Assembly (NCBI GenBank): GCA_964016885.1
Contig: OZ024740.1
Span: 247,814,001 to 247,878,000, forward strand
Source: Eledone cirrhosa
Lineage: Eukaryota
Direction of reading: 5' to 3'
Length of the DNA: 64,000 nt
Part shown: positions 14,898 to 27,842 of the stretch, piece after piece
Layout: each line of letters opens with the position of its first letter
Position numbering within the stretch: position 1 is the stretch's first letter
Notes under the pieces: model-generated
Told to the model about the DNA's origin: nothing
Database searches by the model: none
What the model saw: only the letters and a program-made list of their open reading frames with translations
Position numbers and translations under genes: made by a program

Positions 14898-16170
14898 CGA
14901 GGGTCAGTCAAAATGTAATGCTTTTTGTTTTATAGCAAGAAAAATAAAGAACAAAACACAATGTATTATACATCAGAGGTTCACATTCCTACTTTTCAAC
15001 ATAGTCAGCACCTCTCTCTGTAGCAACATTTAACATTCGAATGAGAGCATGTATCCCAGCTTCGTAAAACTCTGCTGACTGCTCACGAAGCCATTTCTTG
15101 ACAGCAGTTTTCACTTTCTTATCATTTCCATAATAGTGGCCTCTCAATGCTTCTTTCATGGAATTGAAGGGGTGGTAAACTGAGGGTGCCAAATCAAGTG
15201 AGTATGTAGGGTGCGGCAGAGTTGTCCACCCGAATGAGATGATTTCGTCCTTTGTTCTTATGTTCGTGTGAGGCTTGGCATTGTCGTGTTGAAGAAGAAT
15301 TTTATTTATCGCCAATTCGGGTCTTAATTGTCGAATTCTTGCTTTTAGTCTTTTTAGTGTCTCAATATATGCTTCAGAGTTAATTGTTTCTCTAATTTGT
15401 AATAAATCAATATGAATCACTCCTTCAGTATCCCAAAAGTCACTCACCATCATTTTTCCGGCTGATGTTTGTGCCCTAAACTTTTGGGTTTTAGGAGACG
15501 TCGAGTGACGCCATTCCATCACTTGCCTTTTTGACTTAGGTTCATAATAATGAATCCATGTTTCATCACCTGTAATAAACCTTCTAAAGAACGTGTTGTC
15601 TCTTTGACTGAATTCAAGAAGCTCAGTGCTACAGTTAATCTTTTCAGTCTTGTGCTCAAATGTGCGTTGCCTTGGTACTCAACGGGCACAGACATTTGAA
15701 AACTTAAGTGAGTCAACAATGCTGTGGGCGCTACCATGACTTACTCCAAACTCTAATGCAACTCATTAAGGGTTATGAGCCTATCAACTCTGATTAAGAT
15801 GTTTGCTTTTGTTTTGTTGGCAGGGTTGACAGAAGTTGACGGGCGGCCAGCATGATGCTTGTCTGCTAAGCTTGCAGTTCCCACCTCTGCATCTTCATTC
15901 AGTCTAAGGTGCCCCATTTGTAAACATTTGTTAACAGGGGTTTCTCATTCAACAAAAAGGAACTCAATTACTGCTCATTGCTTCTTTCGGATATCCAAGG
16001 GGCGACCATCTTGAAATCAACTCAGTCTTTCATACAAATCTGAAAAACAAAATGAAATATTTTAGTCTCGAGAAGATACGTGTTTTTACCTTTGTGCTAA
16101 ATTTCAATTCATTCTATAAAAAAGGAGTCTACTATGATAAAAAGGGCATTACTTTTTGCCAGGCTCTCGT
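14898..16170 (-). mobile_element. Degenerate mariner DNA transposon
   Basis: Imperfect TIRs cgagggtcagtcaaaatgtaatgc / gcattactttttgccaggctctcg, with TA on the left. ORF 14989-15522 has LLQHDNAKPH and HPTYSLDLAPSVYH (third catalytic D replaced by V); frameshifted upstream. Confidence 0.9.
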
Positions 16171-16227
16171 TTATATACATATATAAACAATATTAATAAA
16201 TGGAAAATATCTTTATAATACCATATT

Positions 16228-16287
16228 TATTTTATTATACGTATTTGAAGGACACAAAATTTTAGTGTGCTTTCATCAGATAAAATA
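16228..16287 (-). ncRNA. Minimal hammerhead ribozyme, probably inactive (GAAA to CAAA)
   Basis: tattttat-CTGATGA-aagcacac..gtgtcctt-CAAA-tacgt-ATA-ataaaata; same family as 22433. Confidence 0.6.
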
Positions 16288-16335
16288 TAATATTTGGTGT
16301 TAAGATAATGACATACGTAGCGTAGATATAATAGT

Positions 16336-16519
16336 GTTTCTACTTTTGGCACAAGGCCAGCGATTACCCCAGTGCACCACTGGTACTTTATTTTATCGAC
16401 CTCGTAAGGATGAAAGGCAAAGTTAACCTCATCGGATTTGAACTCAGAATGCAAAGGGCCATAATTATGCTGCAAAACATGGTGTCTGACGCTCTACCGA
16501 TACTGCCAAACCACTGCCC
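16336..16519 (-). mobile_element. tRNA-derived SINE with perfect 18-bp TSD
   Basis: tagcgtagatataatagt at 16318-16335 and 16520-16537. Confidence 0.92.
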
Positions 16520-16599
16520 TAGCGTAGATATAATAGTATAAGCCCGTTAACGGCAGATATATAAAGATATTTTCCATTTATTAATATTGTTAATAATAA

Positions 16600-17650
16600 T
16601 GCTCCAGATAAAATCTGTTATAAAACTCTGTTGAATAATAATGGGTGATGTATTTTTCTTCGTGTATAATGTTTATGTATTCTGATTTTTCTCTTGGTGT
16701 AGTGATCTTACTTATTTTTTTGTATTAGGTTACGTTTTCGTTTTTCTTGTTGGCTTATGTAAATTTTCTTTTTTATGTTTAAAATCAGTGTTCGATTGGG
16801 TCTATCAGCGTGTCTTTTGGTTAGTCGGAGTCTTCTTACATTGGTGTTGATGGTGTAGGTGTAAACTCTGGACGAGGCACATTGTTTTATGAAGTGGAGT
16901 TGTGGAGTTGTTATTGTTTTCTTTAGACAACAGAATATGGTGGTTTTCAGTATCTTGCTAGCCTGGCTAAGGCTTACGATACTTCGTTTTTGAATTTGTT
17001 TTGCAAGATTTCTTATCTGAAAATGTGTGTTGAAACAGATATTGTTATACTTTGGGAGGGTCATGCTGCCAATAAAAACACACACACCTGTTGGTTTACA
17101 CTTCAATTTATTATAAATTTCCGGTTGGTTGGTTCGATAACCGGATGGTTGTTTATATATTGTCAAACCTCTTTCCGCATATATTCTTGAGCTCCTCAGT
17201 GACCGGGTTTTTATTTTGTCTCTCCTTTCTTCTATCCTACACCATCTTGTTTCTCTGTATTGTGCGCTTGGTTTGTGCATGCGTTACATCCGGGTGTGTG
17301 CGTGTGTTTCTATCTATTTATTTATGTGTTTATTTACTTGTCACTAGTTGGTTGTTTGTTCTATCTCTGTATGTCTGGTTTATTTTATTAGTTTGGTTTT
17401 TGTGTGTGTCTGTATGTCTTCATGTTGTCCTTAGTTGTGATGTTGTTACTATTCCACTCATGTTTTCTGTTTAATTTTGGTTGAAGTTGTTTTTGTTGGA
17501 GTTCGTTTATATTTTTCGCCTCTGTAATTTGTCTGAGCATTACATCTTTTCTGTGAGTGGATATGATGTTTATCTCTATGTTCTCTAATGTACCCTTATG
17601 TTCTATTTTCACATGTTGGTGGAGTACCGATGGAGTACCGATGGGAAAAG
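16600..17650 (-). pseudogene. Degenerate Penelope-like element (GIY-YIG region remnant)
   Basis: ORF 16708-17280 has IYNKLKC..VFIGSMT, resembling VY.C.V..YIGST of the other PLEs here. A hammerhead lies downstream on the same strand. Confidence 0.45.
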
Positions 17651-17659
17651 TGAGTAAAG

Positions 17660-17947
17660 GCTTTGCATGTGGCCAATTCCACTCTCTGAACATCGAATGC
17701 ATTTCACCTAGGAGTCTCTCGCCCACACCATCCCAACCCCCAATCCCCCAGAGCTTCATTCTATAGTCGTTGACTCTCCTGAATTCCTCTGCCCTTTGAC
17801 GGGTTTTGTTTTTCATCCTGCAGGGTGGCTGAAAGCACCTTCCTCACCGAACAAGCTTGATGGGTTGCCGGTTTAGTCACCGACGGCCCGACCATGCACA
17901 AGTTGTACTGGGTTACATGTTTACAGTAACGCTGACGAGCGACCTGA
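17660..17947 (-). mobile_element. RTE 5'UTR-like head fragment
   Basis: Homologous to 4290-4453 and starts at the same caggtc(a/g)c position. Confidence 0.6.
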
Positions 17948-17967
17948 GAATGCATACATACATATAT

Positions 17968-18322
17968 AGATGATGGCTGCCCCCTCGTTATCGAGTATGG
18001 CCATTGCACGATATACCATTATTAATAATAATTAATTAATTCTATCGTGCAATGCCTGTGCGTGAAGATATTTTTTAAAGTGACGAAAGACTGTGCACTG
18101 AGCCAATCCCACTCTCTGAGCGACAGTAGCTATTACCCGAAAAGAAGAAAAGATCAACATCATCGGTAACTACTGCGCCGCAGGTTTTATATCGGAGTTA
18201 TCCCAGTTTCCTGAGTTGCCTTCTCCTAGAAGAATGTCCTGACAAAGGCTAGGAGTCCTTCACTCCCAGTAGTTTAACCGCGCGATCGGGTGTCCAGCCC
18301 GACTATTTCAATGTCCCCGTGC
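17968..18322 (-). mobile_element. Uninterrupted bipartite RTE-derived element (~355 bp)
   Basis: Same as 3181-3735 without the SINE; flanked by (ACAT)n. Confidence 0.75.
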
Positions 18323-18453
18323 ATATACATACACATGCACCCATGCATATAAACATATACACACACATGTACATGTGTATATACATACATACATACATAC
18401 ATACATACATACATACATACATACATACATACATACATACATACATACATACA

Positions 18454-18489
<36 letters not shown>

Positions 18490-18669
18490 TATATATTTAT
18501 ATGCATGTATACATGAGACTGAGTGGCCTATCTACTGATATGCAAATCAAGCTGATCAGTGGATCTGCTAATATGCAGATATGACTGATCAGTCAGTCTG
18601 CTACTATGCAAATCAGGCCGATCAGTCACTGTATATTTCAGATTTCAGAAAATATCACATATTTTCACT

Positions 18670-18721
18670 AGCTCCGACAGCTGATGAAGGGTAATCACCA
18701 GAAACATTAGTGTCTGCAGCT
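18670..18721 (+). ncRNA. Hammerhead-like motif with weak stem I
   Basis: CTGATGA-agggtaatcacca-GAAA-cattagt-GTC; stem I pairs imperfectly. Confidence 0.45.
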
Positions 18722-18846
18722 CTGTTTACATGCCAACACAAGAGCAAGAAGGATGAGGTCATTCTACTGACATGGCTTAAAAAGAGATTGTTTGCATACT
18801 TGCAAACGAATCAAATATTATTATTAATATACGCAAATCTCAGATT

Positions 18847-18917
<71 letters not shown>

Positions 18918-18998
18918 AAGATTTACATATACACTCTATGGACATACTTTATAGTATATATATATATATATAAATGTATATATATATATGTATGTATG

Positions 18999-19069
<71 letters not shown>

Positions 19070-19071
<2 letters not shown>

Positions 19072-20293
19072 TATATTATATTTAGAGATTAAACTCATAG
19101 TCATTTACAATTAATCAGCTCAAAGAAAGAGGCATTTCTGAGCAGTGAAATACAAGTTATATATTAATATATATGATAAACACAAAACGTGTTTGTATTG
19201 TAACAGACAAAGTTAGCTAGCATGAAATAAACTAATTAAAGTGAATACAATTTGTCTGTCTCGAAATAAGTCAATAAAGACAAGCTTATATTGGCAAAAG
19301 CCGTGATTCCTGGACAAATTTAAATTTCAAAATCCAAACCCGCTCTGTAGATGAATTTGAACTTCGAAACCCAAATATGTTTCGCAACGATGGTACATGA
19401 ATTGAAAAATAAAGAGAATCGAAATGGAATTGAAATAAAAAGTGAAATATCCAAATCTTCTGTGCTTATCAACAGGAATCCAGTAAAATTAGTACATTCC
19501 ACCTTCAAAAATTTTTCAGGTCTGATTACACGTGGTGTAACCAGCTATACTAGCCATTTTTCAATTCATGTACCATCGTTGCGAAACATATTTGGGTTTC
19601 GAAGTTCAAATTCATCTGTTTGGATTTTGAAATTTAAATTTGTCCAGGAATCACGGCTTTTGCCAATATAAGCTTGTCTTTATTGACTTATATCGAGACA
19701 GACAAATTGTATTCACTTTAATTAGTTTATTTCATGCTAGCTAACTTTGTCTGTTACAATACAAACACGTTTTGTGGTTATCATATATATTAATATATAA
19801 CTTGTATTTCACTGCTCAGAAATGCCTCTTTCTTTGAGCTGATTAATTGTAAATGACTATGAGTTTAATCTCTAAATATAATATAGTATATTGCTCCTTA
19901 ACTGTAGAGCTGATCTTTAATCCCGTATAAACGGCTGTTATTTCTAGCACCGGGAATACGGGATGGCTAGTATAGCTGGTTACACCACGTGTAATCAGAC
20001 CTGCAACATTTTTGAAGGTGGAATGTACTAATTTTACTGGATTCCTGTTGATAAGCACAGAAGATTTGGATATTTCACTTTTTATTTCAATTCCATTTCG
20101 ATTCTCTTTATTTTTCAATTCATGTACCATCGTTGCGAAACATATTTGGGTTTCGAAGTTCAAATTCATCTACGCATTTTGAAATTTAAATTTGTCCAGA
20201 AATCACGGCTTTTGCCAATATAAGCTTGTCTTTATTGACTTATATCGAGACAGACAAATTGTATTCACTTTAATTAGTTTATTTCATGCTAGC
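19070..20293. repeat. ~552-bp monomer as fold-back plus 1.3x tandem
   Basis: 19070-19555 is inverted relative to 19556-20293. atttcatgctagc ends at 19741 and at 20293 (period 552). Confidence 0.9.
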
Positions 20294-21104
20294 TATTTTT
20301 AATAGACATACTATAAAATTAACTTACTCTTCCACCAAAAATTTAGCGCAAAATATTAATAGAATTAATAATAGAAATTTAAAACCTAACCAAAATACCA
20401 ATAATAATCCAAGCAATATCCAATCGAATAACTGTAACTGTAGAAATAAATCAAACTGTCCGTTAAATAACAACTGCTTAGCTAAAAATGTAGTTTATAA
20501 TTGTAATGTTAAAACTAATTTAAATTCATTTAACTATGTCGGTTCTACTTCTACAGAATTTAAATCTCGCTTCAATAATCATAAAAATTATTTTACAGAT
20601 CCAAACAAAAACTCTTGAACTTCGCTATCTAGCCTATTATGGGACCTAAAACGAGATAATGTTGAATATTCGTTGATTTGGAATATTATTTCATAAGCTA
20701 CTCCTTTTAATTCCTCTTCTGAAAATTGTGATCTTTGTATAGAGGAAATATTTTTTATATTAAAGACCAAAAATTCCCTTAATTTAAGAAATAATTTATT
20801 CAGTTGCTGCAGACATAGATTGAACTCAACGTTTAAATATAAATATAAATTTAAAATGTAGTTTAATTAATTAAATAATTTAGTTAATATAAGAAACCTG
20901 TCGATAACTCATTAGATTCCTTCACCTTTTTCATTTTCTTTGGTTAAGTACCGAAGTAAAAATTTTCTTCCTAAATATAATTATAAATATAATAAACTAT
21001 TCTAGAAAAGTTTATCCTTTCAATATCTGGAATAAAATATACGTAAGATAAATTTCTATTCATTTTATTTATATTTTTTTTATTAGATTCATTTTTTTTA
21101 TTAG

Positions 21105-21205
21105 ATTCATTTTATTTTTTATTTTTTATTTTTTATTTTTTATTTTTTATTTTTTTATTTTTTATTTTTTATTTTTTATTTTTTATTTTTTATTTTTTAT
21201 TTTTT
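21105..21205. repeat. (TTTTTTA)n heptamer tract
   Basis: Direct reading. Confidence 0.9.
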
Positions 21206-22432
21206 ATTAGATTTAATTTTTTATTCTGATAGCTTCTCATAATTTTCAAAAGTTTGTCCTCTCAATGTCTTGATTAAAATATACGTAAGATAAATTTCTA
21301 TGCTAAATATATTAAACATATTATTTTAACTTGAAATATTCTATAATATTTTGGGATATTTTAGTATTTTGATGTTTGTAGAATTAGTTTGCCTTTTAAG
21401 TTATATTGATATAATTATAATCCTTTTGTATTTTATATACTCAATTGTACTATGTTATATGTTGATGTATACTTATGTCTATGTACGGCTTATGTATCTA
21501 TATGTGTCGGTTGACATACATATACATGTGTTATAGGTTTTTTGTGATTATATGTCTGTCTGTATATATGCATGAGTGACGCGTGTATACCAATTGAAGA
21601 TGCACACACATATCTATTCATGTATAGCTAAGAATTATGGGTGTGAATGTACAGGCTTACACATGCAGTTTTTGATTGCAGATATACATAACTTAGCCAT
21701 AAATGCAGAAAAGTTAATCCTATATATTTGTAGATATTTACTAAAAATGTTTAATTAATAACACAAGGAGTGTATAGCAATAAATAAAAAATCACTTATG
21801 CTTTGTATGTATACATTGTGTGCGGGAGTAGATATAATGTGTATTTTCTGAGTGAGTGAGTATATATATATATATTTATGTACCTTTGTCTATGTATATG
21901 TGATATACGATAGATAATCTCTCTAGCAATATATATATTTTGTAGTGTTTAAATTCCAATTTTTAATATATTGATCTCAATTTTAAACTAAATATATAAT
22001 CATAATTAAACAATGTGTAATTTCTCATATTATATATCTATATTCCATTCACGAATATTAATATTTCTAATTCTATTTATTCATTTCATCTCAATTGTTA
22101 ACTCAACTTAATATAACATAACTTAAGGTTTTCGGTCTCTCCCCCCTCTCTCTATCTATGCATATCTCTCTCTTGAGTTCTTTCTCTGTCTGATGTTTTG
22201 ATATCTCCCCGTTATTTTTCCTCTGTTCTCTTTTCTTTTTGCTTTCTTCTTTTTCTTTATCTATCTTTCCCTTTCTTTTCTCCACGTTTCTCTCTCTCTT
22301 TTTCTCTCCATCTTTTTACTTACTCTTAACACTATGACTTACTAAAGTAAACAAACCACTATCCGGATGGCCTCCAAAAACAACTTTTTGAAAGGGTACG
22401 TCAATTATCTATTTGTAAAACTGTTTATATTG

Positions 22433-22497
22433 TATTTTGTCTGATGAAGGCATACCATGATTTAACTTGGTATCCTTGAAATATATATAATGAAATA
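22433..22497 (+). ncRNA. Minimal type-I hammerhead ribozyme
   Basis: tattttgt-CTGATGA-aggcatacca..tggtatcctt-GAAA-tatat-ATA-atgaaata, with palindromic stem III. Confidence 0.85.
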
Positions 22498-22624
22498 AAT
22501 ATGGTTTTATAAATATAGTTTCCATTTATTAATATTGTATACCTACTCCAAATATTTGTCGAGTGCTTTATATCAGTTATAATAATATTTGCTTGTTGTA
22601 TCCCAACAATTAAAATTGAACTTT

Positions 22625-22702
<78 letters not shown>

Positions 22703-23251
22703 TATATCATTTAATGAGCGCGTGGGATATTTACAGGAATCAAAAAATCTCGGAAGAGACAACTACATGGACGATTCCCGTTCATCGGCTGTCTTCTGGG
22801 GATCATTATAATTTCGGTTACCTCCAAAGACAAGACTATTTGCCACCAGTGCGTCAATAGTATCTGAAGAAAGATAGCTATTCAGGATGAAAACACAACA
22901 GACGTTGGAAAAAAAATGATGAAATATCTACATACTGATATGGGATAGGAAAATTGCTACAATCGAATGAAAAACACACGATGAAATTTCGTTTACATGT
23001 TTTAATTGATTATCGACATGTGACGTACGTTTCACGAATGATTGGCTCAATGTCCCCTTTGGAAACTATGGACCCAACTCCAATATTGATCTACTTGTCA
23101 GATTTGTTCCGGTTTTGATAGCTGAAGTACCAATCAAGTACTATAGTAGAAGTAATCAACTGTGCCCTTCCCACAAATCTGTGGTCGTGTGCCAAAATTA
23201 GAAATCCTTATTATCATGATGACCGTCTTGGTGGTTTAGTGGTAAGTTATA

Positions 23252-23700
23252 AGGGCGGCGGATTGAGAGTATCGCGAGTACGTCTGATGAAATGCATTGC
23301 AGTATTCGATAGGGCCCTCAATGTCCAGGTTTCAACTCCCACCGAGGACAAATTTGTATTTTATGCTGCTGGGGTAGATAAAATAAAGTGCAAGTAATGT
23401 AAAGGCGTCAGTTTTTCGACTTCCCTTGCGCCTCAAAATGTTTGGTCTTGAAGCTCAATTCGAAACTGCTGTTGTTGTTGCTACTGCTAGGGGAGTGAAC
23501 TGGCAGAATTTTTAGAGCTTTGGAAAAGATACTTTGCGATATTCATACCAGCTCAAATAACGTCACGGTCAGCTTTGTCGTTCATCTTTCCGGGGTTCCA
23601 TAAAATAAAGTACCAGCCAATTACTGAAGTCGACTTCACAAACTTTTGGTTTCGCCAACGTTGCTGGCCATGTCCCTATGCTAGAAACCATTATAATTGT
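23252..23700 (+). mobile_element. Two tandem old SINE copies
   Basis: Diverged matches at ~23252-23470 and ~23489-23700. Confidence 0.6.
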
Positions 23701-23894
23701 TATTAAAATAATTCTTTAGAATTGTGATTGAATTTCGTCTATGGGTTAGGTTGATTTTATTGGTCTTCTTCTTCATTTTCTTCTTTATCTTCTTCGTGGT
23801 GGTGGTGGTTGGTGTGTGCATATCTGTATGTTTATATGTATACCCATATTTCCTATATATGTATATATATACCCAATTTCATATATACATAATG

Positions 23895-23946
<52 letters not shown>

Positions 23947-23980
23947 TGATATATACATATATATATATACCCATATTTCA

Positions 23981-24610
<630 letters not shown>

Positions 24611-24753
24611 TTTAAACCATAAACAGGGAAGGTCAGTAATTTATTACTACCTTATTACCAGTAAGATAAATAGCTCAATGTAAGAGCATCAGTTGTTCTA
24701 CAGAGCAGTTATATAGAATTCACAAGAATCAAAGCTATGTTCAAACCATTTAT

Positions 24754-24802
24754 TCAATTACAATTGTTTCTTCCAAACCTAGGCGTGGAATCTTCGGAGC
24801 AA
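24754..24802 (-). ncRNA. Hammerhead with CCGAAGA core (left pLTR arm)
   Basis: ttgct-CCGAAGA-ttcca..tggaa-GAAA-caatt-GTA-attga. Confidence 0.65.
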
Positions 24803-25488
24803 TTTTTAATGCTTGTGCGTATAATTGACTTCCCAGTCAACGCAAGAGACATACAGATACATATATATATATTGATGTACAGTGCGGAGCGGCATACATT
24901 ATACTATACTATATTTGTATAGTAATTCAAATTAAAATCAAAATTAAAATCAAAATTAAAATTAAAATACATGCGGCAGAAGATAACACAGATAATGCAG
25001 GAGAATAGTTCAATAATCAGATCTAGTAGATAGTGTATGCGTTAGTCATACATGGTGCATGCAAATGTGTATATTTATGTAGGAGTATTGTGTGGCAAGG
25101 TATTACACTTTAAGCGGGTAAGCAAGAGTATGATGGTGGTTTCAGTGAGGGAGGGGGGTATTTTTTGTACAGATCAAATTAGTATGTGTGCAGAAAAAGA
25201 AAGTTATAGTTTTCACATTCACCATCATTTTCACATCCAGAAAGAGGAATTTATAGTTTTCACATTCATCACATATGTTACGATGTATTCGTATTGAATG
25301 TTTGTTGTAGTAAAGGATTGTAACGTATTGAAGCTCAGTGATATATAATCCATATTTATATGCGAGAATTTACAGCGGTTTAATATCCGGAAGTAGGTAT
25401 GTAATTAAGGGGAGCTAATGCGTAAGGGGCACTAACTAGCTGATTCTCATAACTAAATTCATTGTTCCAACATACATTATATGTTGCC

Positions 25489-26262
25489 TCAATCCTGGAT
25501 AAAAACTTCCCATCTGGCCACAAGTACCATAGTCTTATGAATAAAAAAAACACCATTAAAATCTCCTACTCTACCACACCTAACATAGGATACCACATAG
25601 CTAGTAGCAATAAAAGAAAGATTAATACTTACTTTCAACAAACTAAAACACAGCAGGGGGTAAACTTTCAAAACAACATAATAACTACAAACCCTGATAT
25701 CAATAGGAATAATAGTAATAACACTAATGAAATCAATAGCATTAGGAACGACAACCTTCATAGCCCTAATACAATACCTAGCAACCAGACTTATACACAA
25801 CATAATAACCGACAGGATAACATCCAAAATAAATGTAACTGTAGATATAATAGAACCTGCCCCTTAGGTAAAAACTGCTTAAACAAGGACATCATTTACT
25901 CATGCACGGTCAGAACTACTAACTCTTCCGAAACATATATAGGCTCTACTTCGAACTGCTTCAAAACGAGATACAACTCACATCTCCACTCTTTCAAAAA
26001 ACACAATCTAGCCAACTCCACTTCACTATCTAGCTACATACACTATCTGAAAACTAGGAATAGATCATATACACTTCAATGGGAAGTGGTAGGTAGGGCT
26101 GCATCGTATAAACCAGCTAATAAATTCTGTAACCTATGTCTACTAGAGACCCATACTATAATCTTTTCGAATCTTAACCTCCTTAATAAAAAGTCGGAAG
26201 TGTTTGCGTCATGCCAACACCGCTTCCGACACTCTTTCCAAAACTTTAAACTTAGTATATAA
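25489..26262 (+). CDS. PLE polyprotein C-terminus: RT thumb end, Cys-rich linker, GIY-YIG endonuclease (5'-truncated)
   Basis: FPSGHKYH..NTIKISYSTTPN, CNCRYNRTCPLGKNC, IIYSCTV..YIGST..FKTRYNSH, CNLCLLE and LNKKSE..SCQHR. Open frame but lacks the RT core. Confidence 0.85.
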   Translation, partial: SILDKNFPSGHKYHSLMNKKNTIKISYSTTPNIGYHIASSNKRKINTYFQQTKTQQGVNFQNNIITTNPDINRNNSNNTNEINSIRNDNLHSPNTIPSNQTYTQHNNRQDNIQNKCNCRYNRTCPLGKNCLNKDIIYSCTVRTTNSSETYIGSTSNCFKTRYNSHLHSFKKHNLANSTSLSSYIHYLKTRNRSYTLQWEVVGRAASYKPANKFCNLCLLETHTIIFSNLNLLNKKSEVFASCQHRFRHSFQNFKLSI

Positions 26263-27671
26263 CAATGTCAGATTTGAACTCATCACCACTTTTAACACTG
26301 CACCTCAAGGGCTTGCCTTCCACCACTACACCACATTCTCTGATCCACCCTTTCCTCTAAACAAACCATTCTATCTATATCTTAATACCCTAGAAATATC
26401 TATATAATCACCACCTTTAATATAATTACTTTTGATTACTTATAATTATATCGGGATTGAAATATAATACAGTTTATAAAAACTTTAAATATTAGATAAA
26501 ACAATGAATTGTATATGCATTTGTAATTAAATGTATAGAGTAATAACATTGGGTATATATATAGGAGTAATTTATTAACTTAAGAGATTTGACTAACTTA
26601 TATGTAATATGGAACAATGAATTATATATGAATTATATACGCATTTATAACTAAGTGGATACATTAATGACATTCTATATGGGGGATGAATTTGTTTACT
26701 CAAGAGATGTATCTAATTTTATCATGCAAACAATCGTACGCTGTTCCATAGCTTACCTATGGTTATGTAGACGAAAATCTAAGTGGACCTTTAATATGTT
26801 TTGGGACCAGACTGTATTTAAAGTGAATTTGATATATAGATATAGCAATTTGGGTGAGAAATTCAATTATAGCACTATATAATAAGGAGTAAACAACTTC
26901 CTATAGATACCTTTAATACATTATGGGAGAGTAGACTGCATTTGAAATTAAATATAAATATATAACCCTTTATATAAGGGACTCAATTGAGGCAACATAT
27001 AATGTATGTTGGAACAATGAATTTAGCTACGAGAATCAGCTAGTTAGTGCCCCTTACGCATTAGCTCCCCTTAATTACATACCTACTTCCGGATATTAAA
27101 CCGCTGTAAATTCTCGCATATAAATATGGATTATATATCACTGAGCTTCAATACGTTACAATCCTTTACTACAACAAACATTCAATACGAATACATCGTA
27201 ACATATGTGATGAATGTGAAAACTATAAATTCCTCTTTCTGGATGTGAAAATGATGGTGTATGTGAAAACTATAACTTTCTTTTTCTGCACACATACTAA
27301 TTTGATCTGTACAAAAAATACCCCCCTCCCCCACTGAAACCACCATAATACTCTTGCTTACCCGCTTAAAGTGTTTGTATTACATGTAATACCTTGCCAC
27401 ACAATACTCCTATATAAATATACACATTTGCATGCACCATGTATGACTAACGCATACACTATCTACTAGATCTGATTATTGAACTATTCTCCTGCATTAT
27501 CTGTGTTATCTTCTGCCGCATGTATTTTAATTTGAATTTGAATTTGAATTACTATACAAATATAGTATAGTATAATGTATGCCACTCCGCACTGTATATC
27601 AATATATATATATGTATCTGTATGTCTCTTGCGTTGACTGGGAAGTCAATTATATGTACAAGCATTAAAAA

Positions 27672-27720
27672 TTGTTCCGAAGATTCCACGCCTAGGTTTG
27701 GAAGAAACAATTGTGAGTGA
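27672..27720 (+). ncRNA. Hammerhead with CCGAAGA core (right pLTR arm; triplet mutated to GUG)
   Basis: ttgtt-CCGAAGA-ttcca..tggaa-GAAA-caatt-GTG-agtga. Confidence 0.6.
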
Positions 27721-27753
27721 ATAAATGTTTTGAACATAGATTTGATTCTTGTG

Positions 27754-27841
<88 letters not shown>

Positions 27842-27842
<1 letters not shown>

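Larger units (their letters stand above)
20290..22625 (+). mobile_element. 5'-truncated Penelope-like element (GIY-YIG pseudogene 20290-20861, long 3' region, terminal hammerhead)
   Basis: IFNRHTIKLTYS, CNCRNKSNCPLNNNC, VVYNCNV..YVGST..FKSRFNNH, CDLC and SCCRHR, with two in-frame stops. Confidence 0.85.
24714..27757 (+). mobile_element. Penelope-like element with ~780-bp inverted pseudo-LTR
   Basis: 24714-25492 is the slightly diverged reverse complement of 26985-27757. The arms enclose a GIY-YIG ORF. Confidence 0.88.

Noticed and set aside
19843-20169. Repeated ~107-aa ORFs (also 19351, 24737/27552, 36801/36819)
   Set aside because: By-products of inverted repeats, with no protein motifs.
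20616-20618. In-frame TGA in the GIY-YIG ORF as possible selenocysteine
   Set aside because: It aligns with Ser in the 25462 homolog, a TAA stop follows in frame, and I saw no SECIS. Simple decay is more likely.
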